Part shown: positions 8,977 through 17,964 of the stretch, in pieces | Layout: each line of letters starts with the position of its first letter | Numbering within the stretch: the stretch's first letter is position 1 | DNA from: Methanobacteriota archaeon | Lineage (GTDB): Archaea > Thermoplasmatota > Thermoplasmata > SG8-5 > DAIRED01 | Length of the DNA stretch: 64,000 nucleotides | Assembly (NCBI GenBank): GCA_043799545.1 | Contig: JAZDNO010000031.1 | Location: 1-64,000, forward strand | Direction of reading: 5' to 3' | The notes under the pieces: model-generated | Seen by the model: only the letters and a program-made list of their open reading frames with translations | The model's database searches: none | What the model was told of the DNA's origin: nothing | Position numbers and translations under genes: made by a program

Positions 8977-10746
8977 ATGAGAATCGCGGTTCTGCTCAGG
9001 GACAGGTGCCAGCCGAGGCGCTGCAACCTGGAGTGCATCAAGTTCTGCCCCCGGGTCCGCATGGGGGACGAGACAATCACAATCCAGCCCAAGGAAAAGC
9101 CGGTCATAGCCGAGGCGCTGTGCGTCGGCTGCGGCATATGCGTCCACAAGTGCCCCTTCGAGGCCATCCGCATCATAGGCCTCGCCGAGGAGCTGGCGGG
9201 GGAGATGGTCCACCAGTTCGGAGTGAACGGCTTCAGGCTTTACAGGATGCCCGTTCCGATGAAGGGCCAGGTCGTCGGAATCCTCGGTCCAAACGGCATA
9301 GGCAAGACCACCGCGATAAACATACTCTCGGGAGCCATGGTCCCCAACCTGGGGGACCTCGAGAACGCCCCTTCGTGGGACAAGGTCCTCGCCCGCTACA
9401 AAGGCACTGAGACACACAATTACCTCGTCGACATCGCCGGAGGCAAGACCAAGACCGCGATGAAGCCCCAGTACGTCGACAAGCTGCCGAAGGTCCACAA
9501 GGGAAAGGTCCGGGCGCTGTTGAAAAAGGTCGACGAGACGGGGAAGATGGACGACATCGCATCCCAGCTCGGCATCGACAAGGCGCTGGGCAACGAAATC
9601 TCGGAGCTTTCGGGAGGTGAGTTGCAGAGGGTCGCCATGGCAGCGACGATGCTGAAGGACGCGGACGTCTACTTCTTCGACGAGCCCTCGTCGTACCTGG
9701 ACATAGACCAGAGGCTCAAGTGCGCGCGGCTCGTCCAGGCCCTGGCCAAAGACAAAAAGGTCGTTGTCATAGAGCACGACCTCGCAGTTCTGGATTTCCT
9801 GGCGGAGAGCGTACACCTCACCTATGGAACGGAGGGGGCGTACGGCGTCGTGACGGGCCCGCGCCCCGTGCGAACGGCTATAAACGTCTACCTGGACGGC
9901 TACCTGAAGGAGGAGAACATCCGCTTCCGGGACAGGGAGATTTCCTTCGAGCCAAAGGCTCCGCGCAGCGAGTGGAGGACAAAGCCGCTCATCGAGTTCG
10001 GCGCGCTCGAGAAGGATTTCGACAACTTCAAGCTCAAGGCCTCCCCGGGCGTCATAAGAACTGGAGAGGTCGTCGGAGTCCTCGGCCCGAACGCCACGGG
10101 GAAAACCACCTTCGTCAAGATGCTGGCCAGCGAGATAGAGCCGACGAAGGGAGCGCTGGAGGGCAAGGTCAAGGTAAGCTACAAGCCGCAGTACATCAAG
10201 CCCGAGTTCGAGGGCTGCGTGCGCGACCTGTTCATGAACGTGCTGGGGCCGGGATTCGAGTCGGGCTTCTTCCAGTCCGAAATCGGGATGCCGCTCCAGC
10301 TCGCGCCGCTGTGGATGAAGGACGTCCAGACCCTCTCGGGCGGCGAACTTCAGAGGGTGGCCATCGCGCTGTGCATATCGCAGGACGCCGAACTTTATCT
10401 CATCGACGAGCCCAGCGCCTATCTTGACTCCAACCAGCGCATGGAAGCTGCTCGCACGATACGCCGGGTCATGGAGAACCACGGCCACAGCGCGATGATT
10501 GTCGACCACGACGTCTACTTCGTCGACCTGGTGGCGGACAGCATCATGGTCTTCGAAGGCCAATCGTCCGTGCGAGGCGAGAGCCACGGCCCCTTCCCGA
10601 TGAAGGAGGGTATGAACCGCTTCCTGAAGAACGTGGGCATCACGTTCCGCCGCGACCCGGACACGCACAGGCCGAGAATCAACAAGGAAGCGTCGCGCCT
10701 GGACAGGGAGCAGAAGACGAGCGGAGACTACTACTATGCCGCGTGA
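8977..10746 (+). CDS. rli: Ribosome recycling ATPase ABCE1/RLI
   Basis: N-terminal Fe-S cysteines (CQPRRC..C..FCP; CVGCGICVHKCP); two ABC domains with GPNGIGKTT/GPNATGKTT and LSGGELQR; start trimmed to ATG 8977. Confidence 0.97.
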   Translation: MRIAVLLRDRCQPRRCNLECIKFCPRVRMGDETITIQPKEKPVIAEALCVGCGICVHKCPFEAIRIIGLAEELAGEMVHQFGVNGFRLYRMPVPMKGQVVGILGPNGIGKTTAINILSGAMVPNLGDLENAPSWDKVLARYKGTETHNYLVDIAGGKTKTAMKPQYVDKLPKVHKGKVRALLKKVDETGKMDDIASQLGIDKALGNEISELSGGELQRVAMAATMLKDADVYFFDEPSSYLDIDQRLKCARLVQALAKDKKVVVIEHDLAVLDFLAESVHLTYGTEGAYGVVTGPRPVRTAINVYLDGYLKEENIRFRDREISFEPKAPRSEWRTKPLIEFGALEKDFDNFKLKASPGVIRTGEVVGVLGPNATGKTTFVKMLASEIEPTKGALEGKVKVSYKPQYIKPEFEGCVRDLFMNVLGPGFESGFFQSEIGMPLQLAPLWMKDVQTLSGGELQRVAIALCISQDAELYLIDEPSAYLDSNQRMEAARTIRRVMENHGHSAMIVDHDVYFVDLVADSIMVFEGQSSVRGESHGPFPMKEGMNRFLKNVGITFRRDPDTHRPRINKEASRLDREQKTSGDYYYAA

Positions 10747-11296
10747 GTTCGTGGTATTCTCCCGCACCGGCCACACCGGACCCGAATTCAAGTCGCTTCG
10801 CGAGGGCGGTCGTCTGGATCTTGTATACCAGTCCATCCTCATGGCTCTCTTCAAATCGCACGGAATCCGCCGGGACACCGTCTTCCGCGCCTTCCTTGGA
10901 GGTCCTCCACGCCCGCCATTGGAACTAATCGTAGACGGGGGCCAGCTCCGCGATGCGAGGACCGACGAGGTCACGTGGGAGCATATCCTGCGGCACGTGC
11001 TGGACGGGCGCGAACACCCGGGCGTGTCGCTGCGAAGGAACAGCTTCCAGACGTTCCTCAAGGAGCGCCGGGGAATATTCGTCCTTGAGGAGTCTGGAGA
11101 GAGCATCAGGACTGTCGAGCTGGGCGGAAGCCCATGCTTCGTGCTCGGGGACCAGGTCGGCTTGCCGAGGAAGGAGGAGAAGTACGCCCTCCGTGCAGGG
11201 ACGAAAGTATCGCTTGGCGGCACGCGCTACATGACCGCCCAGTGCATCAACATCATCAACTACACCCTCGACCTGCGCGAGGTCCCGGAGGGCTGA
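10736..11296 (+). CDS. trmY: tRNA (pseudouridine(54)-N1)-methyltransferase, SPOUT
   Basis: GRLDL...ALFKSHGIRRD, GGPP and FVLGDQVGL motifs. Confidence 0.9.
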   Translation: MPREFVVFSRTGHTGPEFKSLREGGRLDLVYQSILMALFKSHGIRRDTVFRAFLGGPPRPPLELIVDGGQLRDARTDEVTWEHILRHVLDGREHPGVSLRRNSFQTFLKERRGIFVLEESGESIRTVELGGSPCFVLGDQVGLPRKEEKYALRAGTKVSLGGTRYMTAQCINIINYTLDLREVPEG

Positions 11297-11297
11297 A

Positions 11298-11963
11298 ATG
11301 GACCCGGTCTCGTGGCTCGTCCAGTTCGTACTGCACCTCGACACAGAGTTGCCTGACCTGATAAGCCAGTACAGGGGCTGGGTCTACGTTTTTCTCTTCC
11401 TGGTGGTGTTCTGCGAGACGGGGCTCGTCGTCTTTCCTTTCCTGCCTGGCGACTCGCTAATCTTTGCGGCGGGCGCTCTAGCGGCCACCGGTTCGTTCGA
11501 CGTCTGGCTGTTGTTCGTCGTCTTCGCGAGCGCCGCCCTATTGGGTGACACTGTGAATTACTGGATCGGACATTATTTCGGTCCGAGGCTTTTCAAGCGC
11601 GAGGATTCCCGCATATTCAGGAAAGATTATCTGAACAAGGCGCACACTTTCTACGAGCGCCACGGCGCCGAGACGATAGTCCTGGCGAGGTTCGTTCCTG
11701 TCATCAGGACTTTCGCGCCGTTCGTCGCCGGCATGGGCGAGATGAACTACAGGAAGTTCATCATCTACAATGTCTCAGGGGGGATCCTCTGGGTGTCGGT
11801 ATTCCTCTCGATGGGCTTCCTCGTAGGCAACCAGCCGTTCGTGCAGGACAACTTCGGCCTCGTGCTCATCGCGATGATACTGATTTCATTCGTTCCGATG
11901 GCGGTAGAGGTGTGGATGGAGTGGCGGAGGTCGAGGAAGGGAAAAGCGGAAGGCAAAGTGTGA
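11298..11963 (+). CDS. DedA family membrane protein
   Basis: FCETGLVVFPFLPGDSL and LARFVPVIRTFAPFVAG motifs. Confidence 0.95.
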   Translation: MDPVSWLVQFVLHLDTELPDLISQYRGWVYVFLFLVVFCETGLVVFPFLPGDSLIFAAGALAATGSFDVWLLFVVFASAALLGDTVNYWIGHYFGPRLFKREDSRIFRKDYLNKAHTFYERHGAETIVLARFVPVIRTFAPFVAGMGEMNYRKFIIYNVSGGILWVSVFLSMGFLVGNQPFVQDNFGLVLIAMILISFVPMAVEVWMEWRRSRKGKAEGKV

Positions 11964-11976
11964 GTTGAACGGCGCA

Positions 11977-12798
11977 TCACTTCTTCCCTATCACGAGGAT
12001 ATGCTCGCTCGAGCCGACGACCGCCGGGTCGGTGCAGAGCCTCTCGTGCGTCCAGAGCCAGTTTTTTAACGTCTTCTTGTCGCCCGCGTAGCGGTTGATT
12101 CCGTGCTCGCCCCTTATTGCCAGACCCTCGAGACCGACCGACTCCACATGCCTGATGCCGTTCTCCTGAAAAAGCCTGACAACCTCTTCGTGCAGGAACA
12201 GGTGGCAGTAAATCCCGCCATGCCAGCTGAAATCGTCCCCCGTCTCCACTATGCTTCTCAGGTTGCGGGTCTTTTGCAGTTCCACCGGATAATACATCTG
12301 CATCGTTCTAATCGCGGCAAGCCTTCCGATTACGGAGGCGAATATCGGCGCACCCTTTTTGGCCACGCGCTTGAGCTCGCCCAAGGCCCTCATCCTTTTC
12401 TTCTCTCCTTCGATGTGCCCGAGCGGTCCTCCCAGGCACAGAACAGCATCGAAACTCTCGTCGTCGAACATCGAGAGGTCGGAGATTGAACCTTCGTGCA
12501 CGCCTTTAATTTTCTTCTGGACGCGCTCCTTTTTTATCTCCTTTCGGGCTATGTCCAGCAGCTCTTTCGTCAAATCGAACAGGACGACGTCGTAGCCAAG
12601 TTTTGCCAGTTCAATCGAGTATCGGCCTGGGCCGCAGCCGGCGTCGAGCACCAGCCCTCCCTTCGGCAGGTATTTTTTCAGGTAGCTCATCGTAGTGTCG
12701 AACTCAAGCCTGTGGAATGCGTCTTTCTGCAAACGTAGCCACTCCTTCTGCGGGTTGGCCGCATAGGATTCCATTGTACGCTTCTCGACGCTCGCCAT
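11977..12798 (-). CDS. Class I SAM-dependent methyltransferase
   Basis: VLDAGCGPGRYS and FDAVLCLGGPL motifs. Confidence 0.92.
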   Translation of the reverse strand: MASVEKRTMESYAANPQKEWLRLQKDAFHRLEFDTTMSYLKKYLPKGGLVLDAGCGPGRYSIELAKLGYDVVLFDLTKELLDIARKEIKKERVQKKIKGVHEGSISDLSMFDDESFDAVLCLGGPLGHIEGEKKRMRALGELKRVAKKGAPIFASVIGRLAAIRTMQMYYPVELQKTRNLRSIVETGDDFSWHGGIYCHLFLHEEVVRLFQENGIRHVESVGLEGLAIRGEHGINRYAGDKKTLKNWLWTHERLCTDPAVVGSSEHILVIGKK

Positions 12799-12850
12799 CG
12801 GGCGCTCGAATGCGCTAGTTGTATTATAGTTTGGCGGAACCCCGCGGCTC

Positions 12851-15307
12851 CTACGGGTATATCACCGTCGCCGGCGGGTTCGGTATACCGTAATCGGCCG
12901 GGTTCGGCCGGCTGTAGATGAACTGGTATGTGTTCGACCATGAGGCGTCCGAGGACGAGAAAGAATCGGAATTGTACGAGTTCGCGCTGCTGGCGTATCC
13001 TCCGACAGTGGCTTCCTCCCAAATCTCGACGCCTGTTTGTTCGTTCTTGAACGCCAGATATTTGATGTGGACGCTCCATGTTATCGGTTGCACCTCTTCA
13101 GTGTTCGAGTCGTGGTCGGCATAGTAATGGATGCGGATTTCATATGTTCCGTAGAGGTCGGCCGAGTTTGGCAGCGCCATCCCTTCGGTCGCGTAGTAGT
13201 GCTCCGGCCCGTACCCGCGCGTGTTGTCGAAGTCCAGATAGGGGCTGTTCGCATCGTACCCTTTATTCTGGTAGTAAATGTGCCTGCCTTCGACCCCGTC
13301 GATTGTAGGCTCAAGAACGTGGAGGTCCACGTCGCTGTCGGACTGGCCCCAGGCCATGGTGATTGTTAGGGCCGCCGGCGAAGCGGTGCATTTGACCTGG
13401 TCGCGCAGGAACCCCGCCCATTTCGACAGCGTGTTCGCATCGGTCGCGAGGATGATGATGTCGTTCGTTCCGGTGAAAAGCGGGATGACCTGGGAGAAAG
13501 CCCCGTTGGACACGGGAGTTTCAAACTTCTGGCCGCTGACGAATATCAGCGTCGAGGTCACGGCCTGCTGGCCGCCCGATATCGTTCCAGAGAGGGTGAT
13601 TTTATTTTCAGCGGTGTCGCGCACATCGTCCGAGTCCGTATCCTCCGGTGTGGTGCCAGTGGGAGTGCTGGTCGGGTCGGTCAGCTCCACTTTGGGGAAG
13701 ATGGAGTCGTCGGCGAACTTCTTCTCGGCTGAATCGTAGAGGCCCTTGAAGGCGCTGTCGGGCGTGAAGACCTTGTCGCCCGCGTGGAAGAACCAGTTAA
13801 ATTTCAATGGCGTGAATCCAGCCGCCAGACCCGATTCGTAAATCTGTGTGAAACCGCTCGTGTAGTTGAAAGGTATCTGTTTACGCACTGTTCCCGATGC
13901 GGAGCCCGGATCGTTGGGGTCGTAGGTGTCGAACGCCCCGTTGCTGTACTTGTACGCCAGTATCGCATGCGAGCCAGGGTTCCAGGTCCCGTTCCTATAT
14001 TGCAGGTAGAGGCCTATCACCTGCGGCTCCCCGCTGACAATCATGCCGTGGATGAGGCTGATTCCCGCGGTTCGAGAGGGAGAGTTTATCCTCGTCATCT
14101 CAGGGATGTTGAGCTTCCACGTGGCATCTAAGGACGCCCTCGAAGCAAGCTGTATTGCGGTAGCGTCGTCGCGCCACTCAGACTGGTCGCCCTCTCGGTA
14201 CTTGTCGTAGAGGTCCGCGCCGGATACCGGCTTCTGCCACCTGTAGTACCATTTCGCGAAGGCGGACATCCCGAGGCAGTTTCCGCCTGCGGTCAGGTAC
14301 GAGCCCTGGTTGGGGATGAAGAATCCATCAGATTCCGGGCGGAATCCGGTATCGTAGCCGACGCTGATGTTCTGCCCCTCGAAGTAGTCCATGACGGCTT
14401 CGATCGCCGTGAAGTTGGAGAACGTGCTTATGGCGAACGAGATTGTGTTGGCCGTCAGATCCTGGTTTATGAATCCCGTGGCGCTGAGGCTCTGGGTGAG
14501 GGCGTCGTAGCGGTAGAATCTGACGTTGTTCTCGTTCGTGACGAGCGCCGGGTCGTAAGGCATCGTTACCAGCGCAGGCGTGTCGAGGACGTGGAACTTG
14601 TTCCAGAGCTGCGAGCCCGTCGCCTCGATCTGGATCATCTTGCTGACGATTTTGGTGCCGTCCGGGAGGCCGGACACCTGGTTGATGTCCGCATACCTCA
14701 CCGCATAGGAAATCGCCTCATTCGTAGCGCCACTGGGAATATCGAGCCTGAAGCCGTTCAGCGGATTCGCCGCGCTAGCGACCGAGAGGCTGCCTCCCGC
14801 CGCTCCTATGGCTTGAGAGACGGCCGAGGTGAAAGTCCCTGGAGTGAGGATGTTGCTGCCGGGCTCGACGGTCTGGGAGCCATCGTCGCCGCCGTCATCC
14901 CCGCCATCCGGCGTGCCGGTGCCAAAAAGCAGGACTGCCCCGACGCCTGCGATGACGATTATCGCCACTACTGCGATCACCGCTATCACGAGGAAGGTGG
15001 AAGGACCGCCTCCTGACGAGGGACGAGGGTGCGTCGCCGGCTGCTGCGGGGGCGGATAATACTGCGGTTGCGGATAGGGCTGGCTCGGTTGCTGGTACGT
15101 CTGTTGCTGCTGATGGGGAGCCTGCTGGTAACCCAGGTCGGGCTGCTGCTGTTGCTGATACGATGGCTGAGGCTGTTGATATGCAGGTTGCTGGTATGAT
15201 GGCTGCGATTGTTGGTAGGATGCCTGGCCAGACTGTACAATCTGCGTTCCGCATTTCGGGCAAAAAACCGTCTCACTCCATGCACCGCAATTCTGGCAGG
15301 TCGCCAT
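12851..15307 (-). CDS. Membrane-anchored surface protein: zinc ribbon, Q/P/Y linker, TM, ZU5-like, papain-like Cys-His-Asp domain, Ig-like, YfaP/DUF2135-like
   Basis: CQNC..CPKC; one TM helix; GGNCLGMS / SHAILAY / YDPN; DVDLHVLEP...DFDNTRGYGPEHY. ATG 15307 follows a GGTGA RBS. Confidence 0.75.
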   Translation of the reverse strand: MATCQNCGAWSETVFCPKCGTQIVQSGQASYQQSQPSYQQPAYQQPQPSYQQQQQPDLGYQQAPHQQQQTYQQPSQPYPQPQYYPPPQQPATHPRPSSGGGPSTFLVIAVIAVVAIIVIAGVGAVLLFGTGTPDGGDDGGDDGSQTVEPGSNILTPGTFTSAVSQAIGAAGGSLSVASAANPLNGFRLDIPSGATNEAISYAVRYADINQVSGLPDGTKIVSKMIQIEATGSQLWNKFHVLDTPALVTMPYDPALVTNENNVRFYRYDALTQSLSATGFINQDLTANTISFAISTFSNFTAIEAVMDYFEGQNISVGYDTGFRPESDGFFIPNQGSYLTAGGNCLGMSAFAKWYYRWQKPVSGADLYDKYREGDQSEWRDDATAIQLASRASLDATWKLNIPEMTRINSPSRTAGISLIHGMIVSGEPQVIGLYLQYRNGTWNPGSHAILAYKYSNGAFDTYDPNDPGSASGTVRKQIPFNYTSGFTQIYESGLAAGFTPLKFNWFFHAGDKVFTPDSAFKGLYDSAEKKFADDSIFPKVELTDPTSTPTGTTPEDTDSDDVRDTAENKITLSGTISGGQQAVTSTLIFVSGQKFETPVSNGAFSQVIPLFTGTNDIIILATDANTLSKWAGFLRDQVKCTASPAALTITMAWGQSDSDVDLHVLEPTIDGVEGRHIYYQNKGYDANSPYLDFDNTRGYGPEHYYATEGMALPNSADLYGTYEIRIHYYADHDSNTEEVQPITWSVHIKYLAFKNEQTGVEIWEEATVGGYASSANSYNSDSFSSSDASWSNTYQFIYSRPNPADYGIPNPPATVIYP

Positions 15308-15555
15308 AATTTCACCAAAGGGCAAAAATGCGGAGATGTATTAAAAAGTATGGCCGAAAATTTCAGAATGGTAGTAAGTATGATTTCGATAGAACAATAA
15401 CAAATTCATCACAACGAGATTGAGGTCAGGAGGTGATTACTCGTTGTGGAGACGGACTGACTCCCCGATGGGTAATTGACGAAAACCGTCAGTCCTATCC
15501 ATTCCCCTCTGTCACAATCGAAATTCAAACGTTCCTGCATTCGCAGAAAATAGTC

Positions 15556-15649
15556 CGAGCGAGCAGGCTGACCCGAGGCTTTTGGGATACCTACAACTTT
15601 TCCCCGCAGGGTCAGCCAGCGCAGCGAGGAAGGAAAAGGGGTAGCGGGG
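15556..15649 (+). repeat. Dispersed ~95-bp intergenic element, copy B
   Basis: Aligns to 4327-4421; its last 8 nt coincide with the 3' end of the tRNA on the opposite strand. Confidence 0.9.
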
Positions 15650-15763
15650 AATGGATTTGAACCATTGGTCTACGGGTTATGAGCCCGTCGGGATTTTAGG
15701 CCCCTGGCCTTAAGCCAAACCGGAGGAATTCCGGTTAGGGTTTCCTAGCTACCCCACCCCGCT
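15642..15763 (-). tRNA. Initiator tRNA-Met(CAU) with 47-nt D-loop intron (15741-15695)
   Basis: Acceptor AGCGGGG/CCCCGCT (A1:U72), discriminator A, anticodon arm ACGGG-CTCATAA-CCCGT with three G:C pairs, T arm AATGG-TTCAAAT-CCATT. Removing 47 nt gives a 75-nt cloverleaf; CCA is not encoded. Confidence 0.93.
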
Positions 15764-15813
15764 ACAGAGTGGTCCCAGCAACCGCCTGGGGAATGGTAGA
15801 GAGGGGCGCGCTC

Positions 15814-15820
15814 TTATAAA
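15814..15820. promoter_or_regulatory. Palindromic TATA box (ttataa) between divergent tRNA and E1-like genes
   Basis: Only AT-rich box in the 120-bp divergent spacer, about 50 nt from the tRNA and about 65 nt from the ATG. Confidence 0.45.
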
Positions 15821-15882
15821 GGTTGCGCAAATGCGAAAAACGTTTATCCAGGCAAGGGTTTTCAGGTCGGATGTGCGGGGAG

Positions 15883-16671
15883 ATGGTAAAGGCAGGCTAT
15901 CAGGACGGCGACCGCCTCGACCGCTCGAAGCGGCTGAGCTGGTTCGATTCCGATGCGCTGGCGAATGCGCGAGTCCTGGTCGTCGGAGCCGGGGCGATTG
16001 GAAACGAAACCGCAAAGAATCTCGTCCTGGCCGGATTCAAGAAAATAACGCTCGTCGACATGGATCATATCGTCCTCTCGAACCTCAACCGCTGCCTCTT
16101 CTTCTCGGAGGCGGACGCGGGCGGAAAAAGGCTCAAGGTGGATGTCGTGGCCGAAGGGATGCGGCGGCTGGACACCGGGGTCGCCGTTGAAACGCGTTCG
16201 AAGCCCGTGCAGGAAATGCCGGACGATTTCATCCCCGGCCATGATCTGGTACTAGGATGCCTGGACAACCTCGCGGCGAGGCTCTACATAAACTCCCGAG
16301 CATACGCGGCGGGGATCCCGTACGTCGACGCTGGCACCGACGGCTTCGTCGGAAAGGTGATGATGGTTATCCCGCCAGAAGGCGCGTGCCTGGAGTGCGG
16401 CGCGAACCGCTCCCACGCGAAAATCGTGCAGCAGAGGTTCGGCTGCACGGGTTCGGACGTCACGTTCTTCGCTCCCAAGCTGGCCGCGGAGATAACGACC
16501 ACAAGCGTCGTCTCGGCAATCCAGGTCAGGGAGGCGATGAAGCTGGTATGCGGAAAAAGGGAGCTGGCGATTAAGAACGTCGCCTACTACGACGGAAACC
16601 GCAACGTCTTCGAGGAGCTGGAGGTTCAGATGAATCCGGATTGTCCGAACCACCTTGCGAGGCGCGGATGA
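15883..16671 (+). CDS. ThiF/MoeB/E1-like adenylyltransferase
   Basis: VLVVGAGAIGNE, DMDHIVLSNLNRC, CLDN, ACLEC zinc motif, terminal CPNH. Confidence 0.9.
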   Translation: MVKAGYQDGDRLDRSKRLSWFDSDALANARVLVVGAGAIGNETAKNLVLAGFKKITLVDMDHIVLSNLNRCLFFSEADAGGKRLKVDVVAEGMRRLDTGVAVETRSKPVQEMPDDFIPGHDLVLGCLDNLAARLYINSRAYAAGIPYVDAGTDGFVGKVMMVIPPEGACLECGANRSHAKIVQQRFGCTGSDVTFFAPKLAAEITTTSVVSAIQVREAMKLVCGKRELAIKNVAYYDGNRNVFEELEVQMNPDCPNHLARRG

Positions 16672-16694
16672 CCCCGGGCTCATCTTCCATCTGT

Positions 16695-17534
16695 CTAGGC
16701 CTTTCCATCCCTGATGACGCGAATTACCTCTAGCGAAAAGTCGCACGATTCGCAGGAGTGGGTCAGGCTACCGAGCGACACGATGTCCGCCCAGGCCGCA
16801 TAGTCGGGGGCGTTCTCCTCTGTTATTCCGCCAGAAGCCTCGATTTCGGTGCCCGGCGCCAGCTTTCGTACCGCCGCAGCGATGCGCCCCCCCTCTTCAG
16901 GCGAGGCGTTGTCTATCATTATCACGTCCACGCCTATCCCGGCTGCTGCCACGGCCTCTTCCTCGCTAGTGACCTCGACCTCGACGCGCAGTCCCGCGGG
17001 CGCGCCCGCCTTGACGCGTCTCACCGCCTCGGCGACCCCCCCGGCGAGCTGGATGTGATTGTCCTTGACAAGGATCATGTCGTAGAGCCCGCTCCTGTGG
17101 GGCCAGCCTCCCCCCAGGACGACGGCGCGCTTCTCGAACCTGCGGAAACCCGGCGTCGTCTTCCGCGTCGCGGCGACCCTGACCTTCGGGTTCACGGCCC
17201 GGCACGCCTCCACCAGCATCCGCGTCTTGGTCGCGATGCCGCTCATCCTCATCACTATGTTGAGGGCCGTGCGCTCCCCGGAAAGGACGGCCTGGGCGCT
17301 CCCTTCCACCTCCAGAGCTGGCGTGCCGGCGTCAAGCCAATCGCCGTCCTTGGCAAGGGGGTTGACTTTCGCACCCAGCCTGGCAAAAACCTCCGCGGTC
17401 TCCGCGAGCCCCGCGGCGACGCAGCGCTCCTTGCAGAGCATCCTGGCGTACAGCCTCTCGTTCCTGGATATCGATGCGGTCGTCACGTCTCCAGCGCCCA
17501 AGTCCTCTTCCAGGAATCGGTCGATGTCGTCCAT
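16695..17534 (-). CDS. nadC: Nicotinate-nucleotide diphosphorylase (carboxylating)
   Basis: ATRKTTPG, HRSGLYDMILVKDNH, EVEV, IMIDN and EASGGIT motifs. Confidence 0.97.
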   Translation of the reverse strand: MDDIDRFLEEDLGAGDVTTASISRNERLYARMLCKERCVAAGLAETAEVFARLGAKVNPLAKDGDWLDAGTPALEVEGSAQAVLSGERTALNIVMRMSGIATKTRMLVEACRAVNPKVRVAATRKTTPGFRRFEKRAVVLGGGWPHRSGLYDMILVKDNHIQLAGGVAEAVRRVKAGAPAGLRVEVEVTSEEEAVAAAGIGVDVIMIDNASPEEGGRIAAAVRKLAPGTEIEASGGITEENAPDYAAWADIVSLGSLTHSCESCDFSLEVIRVIRDGKA

Positions 17535-17633
17535 CGTCCACCGCTACGCCAAATCGGGTAATAAACCTTCCCCGCGAAGGGCGAGTTTGGTGTGCATCGC
17601 GGGTATCTCGTAGCAGGGCATTTATAGACCTAT

Positions 17634-17927
17634 GTGCATGATTGTCGTGCGCGTTTCGCGCGGAGGCATTACGTGGGCACTAGCATAGAGAAGTATGGAC
17701 TGGACAGGCTGCACCGGAAGGGCCTGGAGCTTTCTTTCAAATGCCCCAGGTGCAACAGCGCCAGGCTGTGGATGAAGCACAGGGAGGATTTGGATTTTTG
17801 GCACGGCGTCGTTTGCCCCAAGTGCGGCACCAAAATTATCCTGGATTCTCTGACCCTGGTCGTGATGAACGAGGGTGCGTGCGCCCAGGCGGAGGCCGGC
17901 TCGGTGAAGGATCAGGTCCACGCCTAG
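17634..17927 (+). CDS. Small zinc-ribbon protein
   Basis: CPRC and CPKC pairs; fills the gap upstream of the tRNA methylase; start uncertain. Confidence 0.55.
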   Translation: MHDCRARFARRHYVGTSIEKYGLDRLHRKGLELSFKCPRCNSARLWMKHREDLDFWHGVVCPKCGTKIILDSLTLVVMNEGACAQAEAGSVKDQVHA

Positions 17928-17964
17928 CGACAGGGTAAAATACGGAGTTGGCTCTCGCCCAGCC

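Noticed and set aside
8917-11223. 768-aa minus-strand ORF and many other long overlapping ORFs in the track (e.g. 17622..18899, 20951..22450, 59332..60609)
   Set aside because: Antisense or alternate-frame shadows of well-recognised genes in GC-rich DNA; Arg/Pro/Ala-rich with no motifs.
15433-15660. 75-aa ORF across the repeat element (also 4256..4492)
   Set aside because: These ORFs merely read through the non-coding repeat and tRNA end; the two copies are not kept in a common frame upstream.
15642-15763. tRNA as an integration site for an island
   Set aside because: No integrase, and the only duplicated sequence is a 6-nt gcgggg shared with repeat copy A, too short for an att site.
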